From Candidatus Omnitrophica bacterium 4484_213 (lineage in GTDB: Bacteria > Omnitrophota > 4484-213): a DNA stretch of 64,000 bases. Within the stretch, counting starts at the first letter, position 1. Each line of letters opens with the position of its first letter. The notes beneath the pieces were generated by a model. It made no database searches and was not told where the DNA came from. It worked only from the letters and a program-made list of their open reading frames with translations. Location: the NCBI GenBank assembly GCA_002085025.1, contig MZGK01000002.1, forward strand, positions 15,341 to 79,340, read 5' to 3'. This document shows, piece by piece, positions 55,822 to 64,000 of this stretch. The translations under genes were made by a program, and so were the position numbers.

Positions 55822-56238
55822 CCCCAACGTTTCAATCGCCTTATCATTATCTTCAACCTTCAAAATAAAACGACAGGGAGAAGTGCCCTCAGAAACAGTG
55901 CCATAGCAATACAGTAGATTAACACCTGCTGACTTTAATTTCGCCCCAATCTGGCTCAGTGCACCTATCTTATTTTCTAAATCAATCCTTACAACTTCTT
56001 CCTCTTCAACCTGCCACCCCTTTGTTTTAAGAGCGGGGATAACTTTCTGATTTTCCGAAGTAATGATGTAAAACTTCGCTTTTCCCTCTAAACCATGGGC
56101 ATTGATTGCTTCAATATTTACATCTGCCTCGCTTATGGCTTGACTTACCTCGGAAAGCATCCCAGCCTTATCTTCCGTAGTTATAACTAATTGACTTATC
56201 TTTATACCTGACTTCGGTTCAGGTCCTCTTTCTGTCAT
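55819..56238 (-). CDS. Tandem ACT-domain protein
   Basis: EDKAGML..VNIEAI and ENKIGAL..VNLLYCY; SD AGGAGG. Confidence 0.82.
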   Translation of the reverse strand: MTERGPEPKSGIKISQLVITTEDKAGMLSEVSQAISEADVNIEAINAHGLEGKAKFYIITSENQKVIPALKTKGWQVEEEEVVRIDLENKIGALSQIGAKLKSAGVNLLYCYGTVSEGTSPCRFILKVEDNDKAIETLG

Positions 56239-56245
56239 TTACACC

Positions 56246-56350
56246 TCCTTTCCTTACTCGCGAAGCGAGAGCCGAAGTTCCCCGTAGGGGAACTGAGGAT
56301 AGGAAATCTGCAAAGCAGATTTCCGCTTTTGTTTTTTTCCTTTCCTTACT
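56246..56350. repeat. Family C element flanked by a 13-bp direct repeat
   Basis: tcctttccttact at 56246-56258 and 56338-56350; core identical to the copy at 57781. Confidence 0.92.
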
Positions 56351-56973
56351 AACGGACAACGCCCACAATCAGGTTTTGTCTTTTTGCAGATATCCTTTCC
56401 TAGACGCACAAAAAGGGCGTGGAACTCGTTGAACAATTGAGCATCTAAAGGTAGGTTCTGCATAAAAAGCTGTTGAATCTCCTGATAATCTGCCTTCTCG
56501 GAAATCAATTGGAGACGCGATAATATCCGGCGGGTATAAGCATCCACCACAAACACTGCTCTATTTCCCGCATAAAGCAAAATAGAATCGGCGGTCTCCC
56601 GACCAATACCTTTAATCTCCAATAACTCCTGACGGAGAAGATGCGTCTCTTTTTTAAACATCCTTTTGACACTACCGCCGTAATTAATAAACAGAAAATC
56701 TATAAACGCCTTCAGCTTTTTTGCTTTTTCATTAAAATAACCCGCAGAACGAATTGCCTTGGCTAAATCTTCGAGCGGCACATCCCTTAACCCTCGCGCC
56801 GAAAGCAACCCTTGTTCTTTGAGATTTCTGATCGCTTTCTCCACATTTGTCCAGGCCGTATTCTGGGTCAAGATTGCTCCGGCAATTATCTCAAGGGAAT
56901 CTTCTCCAGGCCACCAATTTTGTGGACCAAATGCCTTGTAGAGCCGCTGATAAATTGTCTGGATTTTCACCAT
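56254..56973 (-). CDS. Endonuclease III-like HhH-GPD protein with repeat-derived C-terminus
   Basis: GPQNWWP, AILTQNTAW, IKGIGRETAD, VVDAY, C..KPDCGRCPL; start moved to ATG 56973. Confidence 0.88.
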   Translation of the reverse strand: MVKIQTIYQRLYKAFGPQNWWPGEDSLEIIAGAILTQNTAWTNVEKAIRNLKEQGLLSARGLRDVPLEDLAKAIRSAGYFNEKAKKLKAFIDFLFINYGGSVKRMFKKETHLLRQELLEIKGIGRETADSILLYAGNRAVFVVDAYTRRILSRLQLISEKADYQEIQQLFMQNLPLDAQLFNEFHALFVRLGKDICKKTKPDCGRCPLVRKGKKQKRKSALQISYPQFPYGELRLSLRE

Positions 56974-57413
56974 CTCTTTCCCCCCTATAAAAACAGCAGA
57001 TTCCCGCCTGGATCTAAAAAGAGAAGAGAATCTCCCGCCATCTCCCTTTAACATCCTGCGCGATAACTTTAAATTTATACCAATATCTTTATTCAAACTA
57101 TTATCTATGAGAAGTGCACCTTTTCTTTTATTTTCCAATACCCTTTGAAAATCAAGGCGTGAATTTCCTTTGTTTTTCGCTTAAGATGGATCTTTTGACA
57201 TTGATATACAATTCCCTGATTTTTATTTACCTCCCATTTACTTTGAAATGTAAGGGTGCTTATCTCTCCTATTCTTTAATTAGCCGATTATAGGAACCTA
57301 TTTCATCTCTTACTTTTGTCATAAATTATGCCTCACAGATTAAATGCAGATTGCACAATTCTCTATCGTATTTTTATCGCTGTAATCAGCATCGGATTGA
57401 AAATCCGGTGCAA

Positions 57414-57448
57414 TAAAAAACCTTCGCAAAAACAGCAAAGGTTTTTTC
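57414..57448 (-). terminator. Probable intrinsic terminator downstream of the cold-shock gene
   Basis: aaaaaacctt...aaggtttttt hairpin with a U tract on the - strand. Confidence 0.55.
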
Positions 57449-57467
57449 ATAATTCACTAAAAAATAT

Positions 57468-57542
57468 GGCCGGCTAAACCCCGTTAGAAACGTTGCCAAA
57501 TAATTTCATTTTGGAAGGGATCCCTAACGGGGTAAACCGGCC
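57468..57542. repeat. Family B element
   Basis: ggccgg-ctaaaccccgttag...ctaacggggtaaa-ccggcc. Confidence 0.88.
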
Positions 57543-57558
57543 TCTTTGTCTTTTTAGG

Positions 57559-57759
57559 TTATAACTTCACTACATTTGTGGCTTGTTCACCTTTAGAGCT
57601 TTGCTCGATATCAAACTCAACCTCCTGGCCTTCCTCCAAAGACTTAAAACCTTCACCCTGAATTGCACTATAATGTACAAATATGTCATTGCCTCCCTCA
57701 GGGGTAATAAATCCATAACCTTTCTGGTTGCTGAACCATTTCACCTTTCCTCTTGCCAT
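57559..57759 (-). CDS. cspA: Cold-shock protein
   Basis: [21 protein letters not shown]; SD AGGAGGTG. Confidence 0.93.
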   Translation of the reverse strand: MARGKVKWFSNQKGYGFITPEGGNDIFVHYSAIQGEGFKSLEEGQEVEFDIEQSSKGEQATNVVKL

Positions 57760-57772
57760 TACTTATTTCACC

Positions 57773-58032
57773 TCCTTTCCTTACTCGCGAAGCGAGAGCC
57801 GAAGTTCCCCGTAGGGGAACTGAGGATAGGAAATCTGCAAAGCAGATTTCCGCTTTTGTCTTTTTCTTTCCTTACTCGCGAAGCGAGAGCCGAAGCCAGC
57901 CAATTTCCTTTTAAGGACAATAGAGAAGTTGTCCCTAATAATACCTGTAGCTTTAGCGCAGGTAGGCTGAGGATGGTCCCGAAGTTTCGGGGGGAATGGA
58001 GCAGGATAAATCTACTCTGCAAATTTCGCTCT
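57773..58032. repeat. Tandem family C elements upstream of cspA
   Basis: Two units starting ctttccttactcgcgaagcgagagccgaag. Confidence 0.9.
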
Positions 58033-58079
58033 CGTTTCCCTAATAAAACGAGTATAGCATATACTATTTTTTTCTACTT

Positions 58080-58140
58080 GTCAACCCTGTTAAATAACCT
58101 GGGGCAATTCGCCATAGGCGAATTATTTAACAGGGTTGAC
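58080..58140. repeat. Family B element
   Basis: Perfect 18-bp arms gtcaaccctgttaaataa/ttatttaacagggttgac. Confidence 0.9.
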
Positions 58141-58156
58141 TAAATTAATCTAAAAA

Positions 58157-58327
58157 TTATTCTATCTCCTCAAATTCCACATCCACAGCATCTTTGTAAT
58201 TAGATTTATCATTCTTGTTTCTCTTGTGATAACCTTTATGGCTAAAAGTTTCTTTCCCTAAAATAAGCTTAAACAGAAAACGAAATAATAAATAAAGAAG
58301 CAACAATCTCACGATCAAACTTACCAT
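58157..58327 (-). CDS. 56-aa single-TM protein
   Basis: [24 protein letters not shown]...DAVDVEFEEIE*, G-rich SD; below the ORF-track cutoff. Confidence 0.65.
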   Translation of the reverse strand: MVSLIVRLLLLYLLFRFLFKLILGKETFSHKGYHKRNKNDKSNYKDAVDVEFEEIE

Positions 58328-58415
58328 TTTTACCCTCCCCCCTACCTTACTTCCACCGCCCAGGTGAGGTAATTGCGAAGTAGGAGTTTAAATTACGAAC
58401 TCTCACGGTGTAAAT

Positions 58416-59270
58416 CTAATCAAAAATAACGGTTTTATTATTATAGACAAGAATTTTTCTCTCTAAATGCCACCTCACGGCGCGACCCAAAACTATCTTC
58501 TCTAAATCTTGACCTTTTCTTATTAAGTCATCGAGAGAATCCCGATGGCTTATCCTGATAGTATCTTGCTCAATAATTGGGCCGGCATCCAACTTTTTTA
58601 TAAGGTAATGGCTGGTAGCACCGATAATCTTAACTCCTTTTTCGTAGGCTTGTTTGTAAGGTTGGCTACCTGCAAATGCAGGAAGGAAAGAATGGTGGAT
58701 GTTTATAATTTGCTCCGGAAATTCTTCTACAAATTGTTTGCTAAGAATCTGAGTGTATCTCGCCAGAACAATAAGGTCAATCTCTTCCTGTTTTAATAGC
58801 GCTATTTCCCTCTTCTCTTGTTGCAACTTATTTTCCTTAGTAATAGGGAACTCTACAAATCTGATACCGAAACTATCGGCGGTTTCCTTGGCAAGGGAGT
58901 GATTACTTATAATTAAAGGCAGTTCACAATTTAGCTCACTCCCTTTAAAGCGCAAGAGCAGGTCGTGGAGACAGTGTTCATATTTAGAGACAAAAATAGC
59001 CATACGCATGACTTTATCAGCGAAGTGAAGTGCCCAGCGCATTTTGAACCTATCTGCCAAGGGTCTAAAACTTTCAGCAATCTTACCCTTCTCGATTTTA
59101 AAATCCTTCAGTGACCATTCAATTCTCATAAAGAAGGTATTGGTCTGAGAATCTATATGCTGGTCGGCGTGTTCTATATTGCCGTTATTTTGATATATAA
59201 AATTAGCAACACTGGCGGTGATTCCTTTTGTATCCGGGCAGGAAATAAGAAGCATGGCATTATTATTCAT
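58416..59270 (-). CDS. purU: Formyltetrahydrofolate deformylase
   Basis: CPDTKGI, VSKYEHCL, VLARY, INIHHSFLPAF, GVKIIGATSH. Confidence 0.95.
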   Translation of the reverse strand: MNNNAMLLISCPDTKGITASVANFIYQNNGNIEHADQHIDSQTNTFFMRIEWSLKDFKIEKGKIAESFRPLADRFKMRWALHFADKVMRMAIFVSKYEHCLHDLLLRFKGSELNCELPLIISNHSLAKETADSFGIRFVEFPITKENKLQQEKREIALLKQEEIDLIVLARYTQILSKQFVEEFPEQIINIHHSFLPAFAGSQPYKQAYEKGVKIIGATSHYLIKKLDAGPIIEQDTIRISHRDSLDDLIRKGQDLEKIVLGRAVRWHLERKILVYNNKTVIFD

Positions 59271-59368
59271 AACAAATTCAAACCCTCCTTAAATTTCTTG
59301 GTAATCCAATTCAATCGGGAGCTCAAAAATATCCCGTCTAATTGGCTCGCGTTTTTTCTTGCTTTTTC

Positions 59369-59824
59369 CTATTCCCCTATCAAATGCGGAATTACTATCC
59401 ACAAAAGATACCAGTTTTCTTCCTTCTCCAGAGAGACAACTCCCCCGGGATAAAATTTAATCAAATTTAGGTCCTTATTTCCTGATAAGAGCAGAGAGGC
59501 TAAACTTGCCAAAAAAGGCAAGTGCCCGACGAGCATTAAATCTAAATTAGATTTAATAATCTCCGAGGGAAGTTTCTCCACCGGGTCAAGGGGATTAATA
59601 TCCTCTCTTTCAACCAGATCTTCACCTATACCTACCTCCTTAAAAATCTGAGCAGTTTGAATTGCTCTCAACTTCTTGCTATGCCAGATGCAATCTATTT
59701 TTACCTTTCCTTTTAGAAAATTCGCTATTTTAAAAACATCTGTTTTTCCTTTTTCAGATAAGGGTCGCTCTGGAGCAGTTTCCTTAGATAAAGCCTCTCC
59801 ATGTTGAACTAAATACAACCTCAT
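59369..59824 (-). CDS. sixA: Phosphohistidine phosphatase SixA-like
   Basis: LVQHGEA, RPLS, RAIQTA, VGHLP. Confidence 0.88.
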   Translation of the reverse strand: MRLYLVQHGEALSKETAPERPLSEKGKTDVFKIANFLKGKVKIDCIWHSKKLRAIQTAQIFKEVGIGEDLVEREDINPLDPVEKLPSEIIKSNLDLMLVGHLPFLASLASLLLSGNKDLNLIKFYPGGVVSLEKEENWYLLWIVIPHLIGE

Positions 59825-59855
59825 TCTTCACCTCCTTTTCCAGCTTTAGTTTATT

Positions 59856-60200
59856 TTAACAGGTAAGATGAAAAGCGCCTACTGCTTTTTTACCCTTCTC
59901 AATATACTCGTTAAAAATCTGATAAGCTTGGCTGATATTCTTCTCAATGAGCTCTATCTGCTTATCTTTAAGCACTTTCTTGGTGCACTTAGGTATATCT
60001 ACAGCGCCGTACGCCCCCGTGCCAACTATCAACACCTCTGGTTTATAATCTATCACTTCTTTTAAATCCTCTATTGCTAAACACTGCCCTTCCCTCCGCC
60101 ACCAGTTGGTCCTGACTCTTTCAGGAAAAATAATCAAATCTCTATTATATACCTTGCTATCAATGGTCATCAAACCGAATGAGTAGGTCTCAATTTTCAT
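59856..60200 (-). CDS. Mth938-like protein
   Basis: YSFG, WWRREG, IVGTGAYG, FHLTC. Confidence 0.85.
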   Translation of the reverse strand: MKIETYSFGLMTIDSKVYNRDLIIFPERVRTNWWRREGQCLAIEDLKEVIDYKPEVLIVGTGAYGAVDIPKCTKKVLKDKQIELIEKNISQAYQIFNEYIEKGKKAVGAFHLTC

Positions 60201-60228
60201 CTTTGATTAATTCAAATAGAGATATTCA

Positions 60229-60360
60229 TTATGGAACGCTCATTTTCCCTCTCGTTTTAACCAAGGGAAGTTTTATCACCATCCTCTTCGTTTCTTCTGT
60301 AACATTGGCTGTGATAGTTAAGACACTGACAATCAACAAAGATAGAATCTTTTTCTGCAT
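60229..60360 (-). pseudogene. N-terminal stub of a SagB/ThcOx-type nitroreductase
   Basis: Hydrophobic leader, then IKLPLVKTRGKMSV, then an immediate P* stop. Confidence 0.45.
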
Positions 60361-60361
60361 C

Positions 60362-60717
60362 TTATCCTGAGATTTTCTTTAGTAAATCTGCAAATCTCTT
60401 GGCAAATCTTTGGCAGTTAGCTTCTACCCTTTTGTCCAAAGCGCCAATGGCTACCGGGCCATAGTGGTCGCCCTCGGAGTCGCCCTGAACAACCATTCCG
60501 TGAATAAGCATTGCCTCTAAAATGCTCAAGATAGCGGTTTCATTTCCTCCGCCGATATTATTAGAAGAAGTGAATGCTCCTCCTATTTTTCCATCCAACT
60601 TTCCTCAACCCTTTTAAGAATAACCTCCAGATTTTCTTTTTTAATGGACTCAGCGATTGTCTCAGCCATCTGTTTGGTATTCCCTGTCTTTGAATAATAA
60701 GCAATCAATACCTTCAT
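60362..60717 (-). pseudogene. WrbA/flavodoxin-like protein with internal deletion and frameshift
   Basis: MKVLIAYYSKTGNTKQMA joined out of frame to LDGKIGGAFTSS..GGGNET; the GSPTY segment is missing. Confidence 0.85.
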
Positions 60718-60729
60718 TTTGTACCTTTT

Positions 60730-61024
60730 TTCCTTACTCGCCGAAGGCGAGAGCCGAAGCCCGCCTACGCTCGTAGGCGGGCTGAGGATAGGAAATCTGC
60801 AAAGCAGATTTCCGCTTTTTGTCTTTTCCTTTCTCGCGAATCGAGAGCCTGCCTGCGCCCGTAAGGGTAAGCGAAACGAAGGATAGAAATGGACGAAGTC
60901 CATTTCGCTTTTATTTATTTCCTTTCTTTGCTCGCCAGTTCCTTTTAAGGGCAATAGAGAAGTTGCCCCTAATTATACCTGAAGGTGAGAGCCAAAGCCT
61001 CGAGAGTTCAAGGCTGAGGATAAA
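60730..61024. repeat. Three diverged tandem family C units
   Basis: Three gagagcc...ggata cores with different hairpin fills. Confidence 0.85.
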
Positions 61025-61031
61025 AGTATAG

Positions 61032-61544
61032 TTAGCCATAGACATGCTGGTAGAGATTACTCTCATTTTTCAATGCATCTTTGATTACTTCGCTTGCTAA
61101 ACTTTGTTTATCAACCTTTGACTCCTGAATAGAAAATCTAAAAATTTTCTTTGCACCTTTGTTTCTCACTTCCTTCTCCATTATATTTAAACATCGCCTT
61201 ACACCGAGTCCACTCCCATAAGTAACAAATAGAATGATATCCTTGCCCTGCATACCTTTGCATTCTTCTAAATATTTATTCATTGCCGGAGCGGGTGCAA
61301 AAGCCCAAACCGGCGTTCCTAAACAAATAAGAGCGTATTCAGAAAGGTCTATCTTTATAGGTTTAATCTTCGTCTTTGCTCTCTTAAAGGCTTGCACCGC
61401 TTGAGTAAAAAATGCTTTTGGTTCATTAATAGACTCTAATTTGATTAACTCACCAGAGCCATTTTGCCTAATATGCTCAGCCAATATCTCAGCAACCTTC
61501 GCCGTATTACCGCTATGGGAGTAATAGATAATGATTGATTTCAT
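61032..61544 (-). CDS. Flavodoxin-like protein
   Basis: YYSHSGNTAKVA, LGTPVW, FVTYGSG. Confidence 0.85.
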   Translation of the reverse strand: MKSIIIYYSHSGNTAKVAEILAEHIRQNGSGELIKLESINEPKAFFTQAVQAFKRAKTKIKPIKIDLSEYALICLGTPVWAFAPAPAMNKYLEECKGMQGKDIILFVTYGSGLGVRRCLNIMEKEVRNKGAKKIFRFSIQESKVDKQSLASEVIKDALKNESNLYQHVYG

Positions 61545-61574
61545 TATTTAATCCATCTTCCAAGAGATATTACT

Positions 61575-61935
61575 TTAATTTCGAAACTGCTTCCATAAGC
61601 GCTCAAACCGAGATTCATATATTAGATAGTAAAGATAGGCCTTATTGGGAAATAACTTCTTTATCAACTCCTTAAACTTATTTTTCTCTATCTCTCTATG
61701 CGGGGATAATCAGAATTAAAATAAGGGAAACTATCTTTTCTGAAGCCCTCTTTATCTTTGAGAGTTTCTCCTCTTCAACTTCTTGCTCATAGTGCTTGAG
61801 TTCTTTTCCTAAGTTATCTGTAAACTCCTTATGTTTTAATCCGATTCTTTCTCCGCATTCACAGATTACTCCTTTTTCAAATTCAAACAGGGTTACGTCG
61901 TATTCTCTACCACACTTAGGACATCTTATGGCCAT
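61575..61935 (-). pseudogene. Zn-ribbon protein with two frameshifts
   Basis: CPKCG..CECG; continues as SDYPRI and EIEKNKFKELI..YESRFERLWKQFRN* in other frames. Confidence 0.65.
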
Positions 61936-62514
61936 AACTTCTACAGCTCTATCTTTTCCAGACATGCTCATGACAATTAGAAATGGGAAATAGAAATTTA
62001 ATGTTTATTATCGTTTCTACGCCTCTGACCCTGCTTTCCCAATAAAGTTCTTTTTCTCTATTTTTAAAATGGTCGTCTAAAAAATCTGAACCTAAGTGGT
62101 TTTAAAAACCAATCAAAATCATACCAATAACCTTCCTTTACTCCCTTTGCATCACATAAAAGAAGGATTGATTCTTTGGTTCATCAAATTCTATCTTAGA
62201 ATTAATAATGTTTCTATTATACCTCTGGATATTTCTTTTAAAAGAATCAATTTCTTTAGTTGTAAATTCTTCTTTAGAATTTAAAATTTCATAAAAATCC
62301 TCTTCATCCCAAAAAGCTTCCTTTTGGCAATGAAGAACCCCTCCTTCTGCTTCTATTTTATATCTTCTTTTATCGCATTAATATCTATTTGTTCTGATAT
62401 GCCAATAGATCTTCCCGCCAAAAAACTCCCAAGCTAACTAAACCGATTATTACTAATTTCCTCATTATAACGCCCTCTTCTTTGCTCGCTATACCTGCCT
62501 GCCGGTAGACAGTC

Positions 62515-62637
62515 GTTTATCCCGTTAGAGAAAGCCAGCGATTTCAATCGGTGGCCATTACCGATTGAAGCTGACGGTGGTTTAATGCCACCATCAGCGC
62601 AAACCGTTAGAGGACGAAATTCTCTAACGGGGTTTAC
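62515..62637. repeat. Family B element with nested hairpins
   Basis: gtttatcccgttagagaa...ttctctaacggggtttac. Confidence 0.9.
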
Positions 62638-62656
62638 TTTTCTCAGAGTTCATTTT

Positions 62657-62881
62657 TCACACTAATTTCTGAATGAGTTTATTTCTCGTTTTTTCTCCCT
62701 TTATAATTCTCAACTCAGATTTCCTGCAGTTAAAATGTCTAGCTAAAATCTGGATGAGTAGTTTGTTTGCTTTTCCTTCAATTGCTGGTGCAGTAAGATA
62801 AACCTTAAATCCCTTTTCTTCCCTTTTGATTTCATTCCTTCTAGCATTAGGAATTACCTTTACGGGGATAACATTAGCCAT
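62657..62881 (-). CDS. DUF167/YggU-family protein
   Basis: VKVIPNA, APAIEGKAN, GEKTRNK. Confidence 0.88.
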   Translation of the reverse strand: MANVIPVKVIPNARRNEIKREEKGFKVYLTAPAIEGKANKLLIQILARHFNCRKSELRIIKGEKTRNKLIQKLV

Positions 62882-63305
62882 CTATCTCCATCTCATCTGG
62901 TTCCGGCCGATAAGAACGCATCTTTCTCTTCTCTGACCTTTCCCTTTTGGCTTCCAACATCTTCTCTTTGGCCCGCTTTGAACGTTTGCGCTTCTGCCTT
63001 CTTATTTTTTCTATCCGCTTCTTCTCTTCTGATAATACTCCTAATTTAATTCTCTCAATTTTATTTACCAGAATTCTCCTTGCCAAAAATCTATTCAAGG
63101 CCTGTGAACGCTCTTGTTGGCATTTTACCTCTATGCCAGTCGGTATATGCTTTAAATAAACGCAGGTGGATACTTTATTTACATATTGGCCCCCTTTTCC
63201 ACCTGAACGGATGAATTTCTCCACAAGGTCCTTTTCGTAAACCCCTAACCTGCGCATCCTTTTCTGCAATGCTTCTTGTTTAACCTCACTTACACCGAAG
63301 TTCAT
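62874..63305 (-). CDS. ArfB/YaeJ-like peptidyl-tRNA hydrolase (release factor homolog)
   Basis: FIRSGGKGGQYVNK, ERSQALNR, basic C-terminal tail. Confidence 0.87.
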   Translation of the reverse strand: MNFGVSEVKQEALQKRMRRLGVYEKDLVEKFIRSGGKGGQYVNKVSTCVYLKHIPTGIEVKCQQERSQALNRFLARRILVNKIERIKLGVLSEEKKRIEKIRRQKRKRSKRAKEKMLEAKRERSEKRKMRSYRPEPDEMEIDG

Positions 63306-63377
63306 AATACATCAAAGAGTTTTCTCATTTCGGCAATATAACCTAATTAGCTAAAATTCATAATGCTTTTTAAATGA

Positions 63378-63763
63378 TCAAATTCTAATAACCTCTCCAC
63401 GGTTAATCATATCCTCTATCTTTTGCCTAATCCAGTGTTTAAGCGAACCCCGCGTCAAGGGAACTGATCCTATAAGACCTATTATGTCTGTTATAAAGCC
63501 GGGCGTCAAAAGCAATATGCCGCTGCAAAAAATTAAAACGCCGTCAAGCAATTTATCCGCCGGCATCCTGCCTTGACTTACATCTTCCTGTATCCTCCGC
63601 AGAGTAATAAACCCCTGCATTTTCGCCAGATACGCCCCGGCTATGCCGGTAGAATAACAGCAACAACCATCCAGCTTATTCCTATATCCTGGCTAATTTT
63701 CACCACGAGAGTTAGTTCTATAACCGGAATTAAGATAAATAGTAAAATCAAATATCCTAACAT
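63378..63763 (-). pseudogene. fxsA: FxsA-family protein with a 1-nt frameshift
   Basis: MLGYLILLFILIPVIEL..VIL, then TGIAGAYLAKMQG..LLLTPGFITD in a shifted frame. Confidence 0.8.
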
Positions 63764-64000
63764 GTGCACCTACTTTCACTCCCGTATTATTAAATTTTGT
63801 TTTCCTATGTGAACTAATAGCCATGGCAATAATTTCTTTATAGCATCTTCAGGGCAATGATTTCTTGGTGTTCTTTGAATTGCTTGTGTATTTGCTTCTG
63901 GATCTCTACTCAACAGCTCAATTGTTTCGTCGAGCAAAAAAAAGATAGACTAAAATCCTTTTGCCTGATAAAAAAATAAACTTCCAGAAGCCTCGGGAGA

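Noticed and set aside
56285-56325. Hammerhead ribozyme in family C (CTGAGGA..GAAA)
   Set aside because: Only 3 nt separate CUGANGA from GAAA, so there is no stem II; stem I does not pair; GAAA is not kept in all copies.
57000-57330. Extended N-terminus of the endonuclease III-like ORF or an extra gene
   Set aside because: ATG 56973 has a purine-rich SD and a typical start; the upstream sequence has many stops and cannot be identified.
58080-58140. Integron attC site or chromosomal dif
   Set aside because: Core motifs are in the reverse order to attC, there is no intI or cassette array, and no XerC arm.
57583-58143. 186-aa + strand and 84-aa - strand ORFs
   Set aside because: They are translations of family C repeats and antisense cspA.
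57773-61024. CRISPR array
   Set aside because: Only 2-3 long, diverged units per locus, irregular spacing, self-complementary fills and no cas genes.
62050-62466. Possible decayed secreted-protein gene
   Set aside because: The frames are fragmented and no family is recognisable, so it was not called.

Overview
AT-rich bacterial chromosome segment in which essentially every gene lies on the - strand. The gene order (lptB-hpf-ptsN-hprK-yvcK-ptsH-ptsI-pgi/pmi-metK-ahcY; trpS-scpAB-pheA-hisC-aroF-alaS) suggests a PVC-type uncultured lineage such as Candidatus Omnitrophota (inference only). It holds about 60 mostly housekeeping CDS and three tRNAs (Ala-CGC, Met-CAT, Arg-CCG), with no CRISPR, intact transposase or prophage. 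The unusual signal is non-coding. Most gene junctions, and several coding regions, are filled by small modular palindromic elements, named here as families A-E plus short-period inverted arrays. A/B have RTNNAYCCYGTTARA...TYTAACRGGRTNNAY ends. C is three hairpins next to ribosome-binding sites. D fills the space from stop codon to start codon. E and the arrays are 7-10-nt-period inverted repeats. These elements swap sub-modules, show covarying stems, and in the stems inspected favour + strand G.T pairs and c(GNA)g loops. They also write peptides into essential proteins: a 117-bp in-frame insert in DnaE and an identical 34-aa tail on TyrA-Cmk and the AlaS C-terminal fragment. In parallel, many genes carry internal deletions or frameshifts (alaS, dapA, HIT, WrbA-like, ychF, gmhB/UDG, fxsA, pilB). 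All calls are from reading the sequence; no database search was run.
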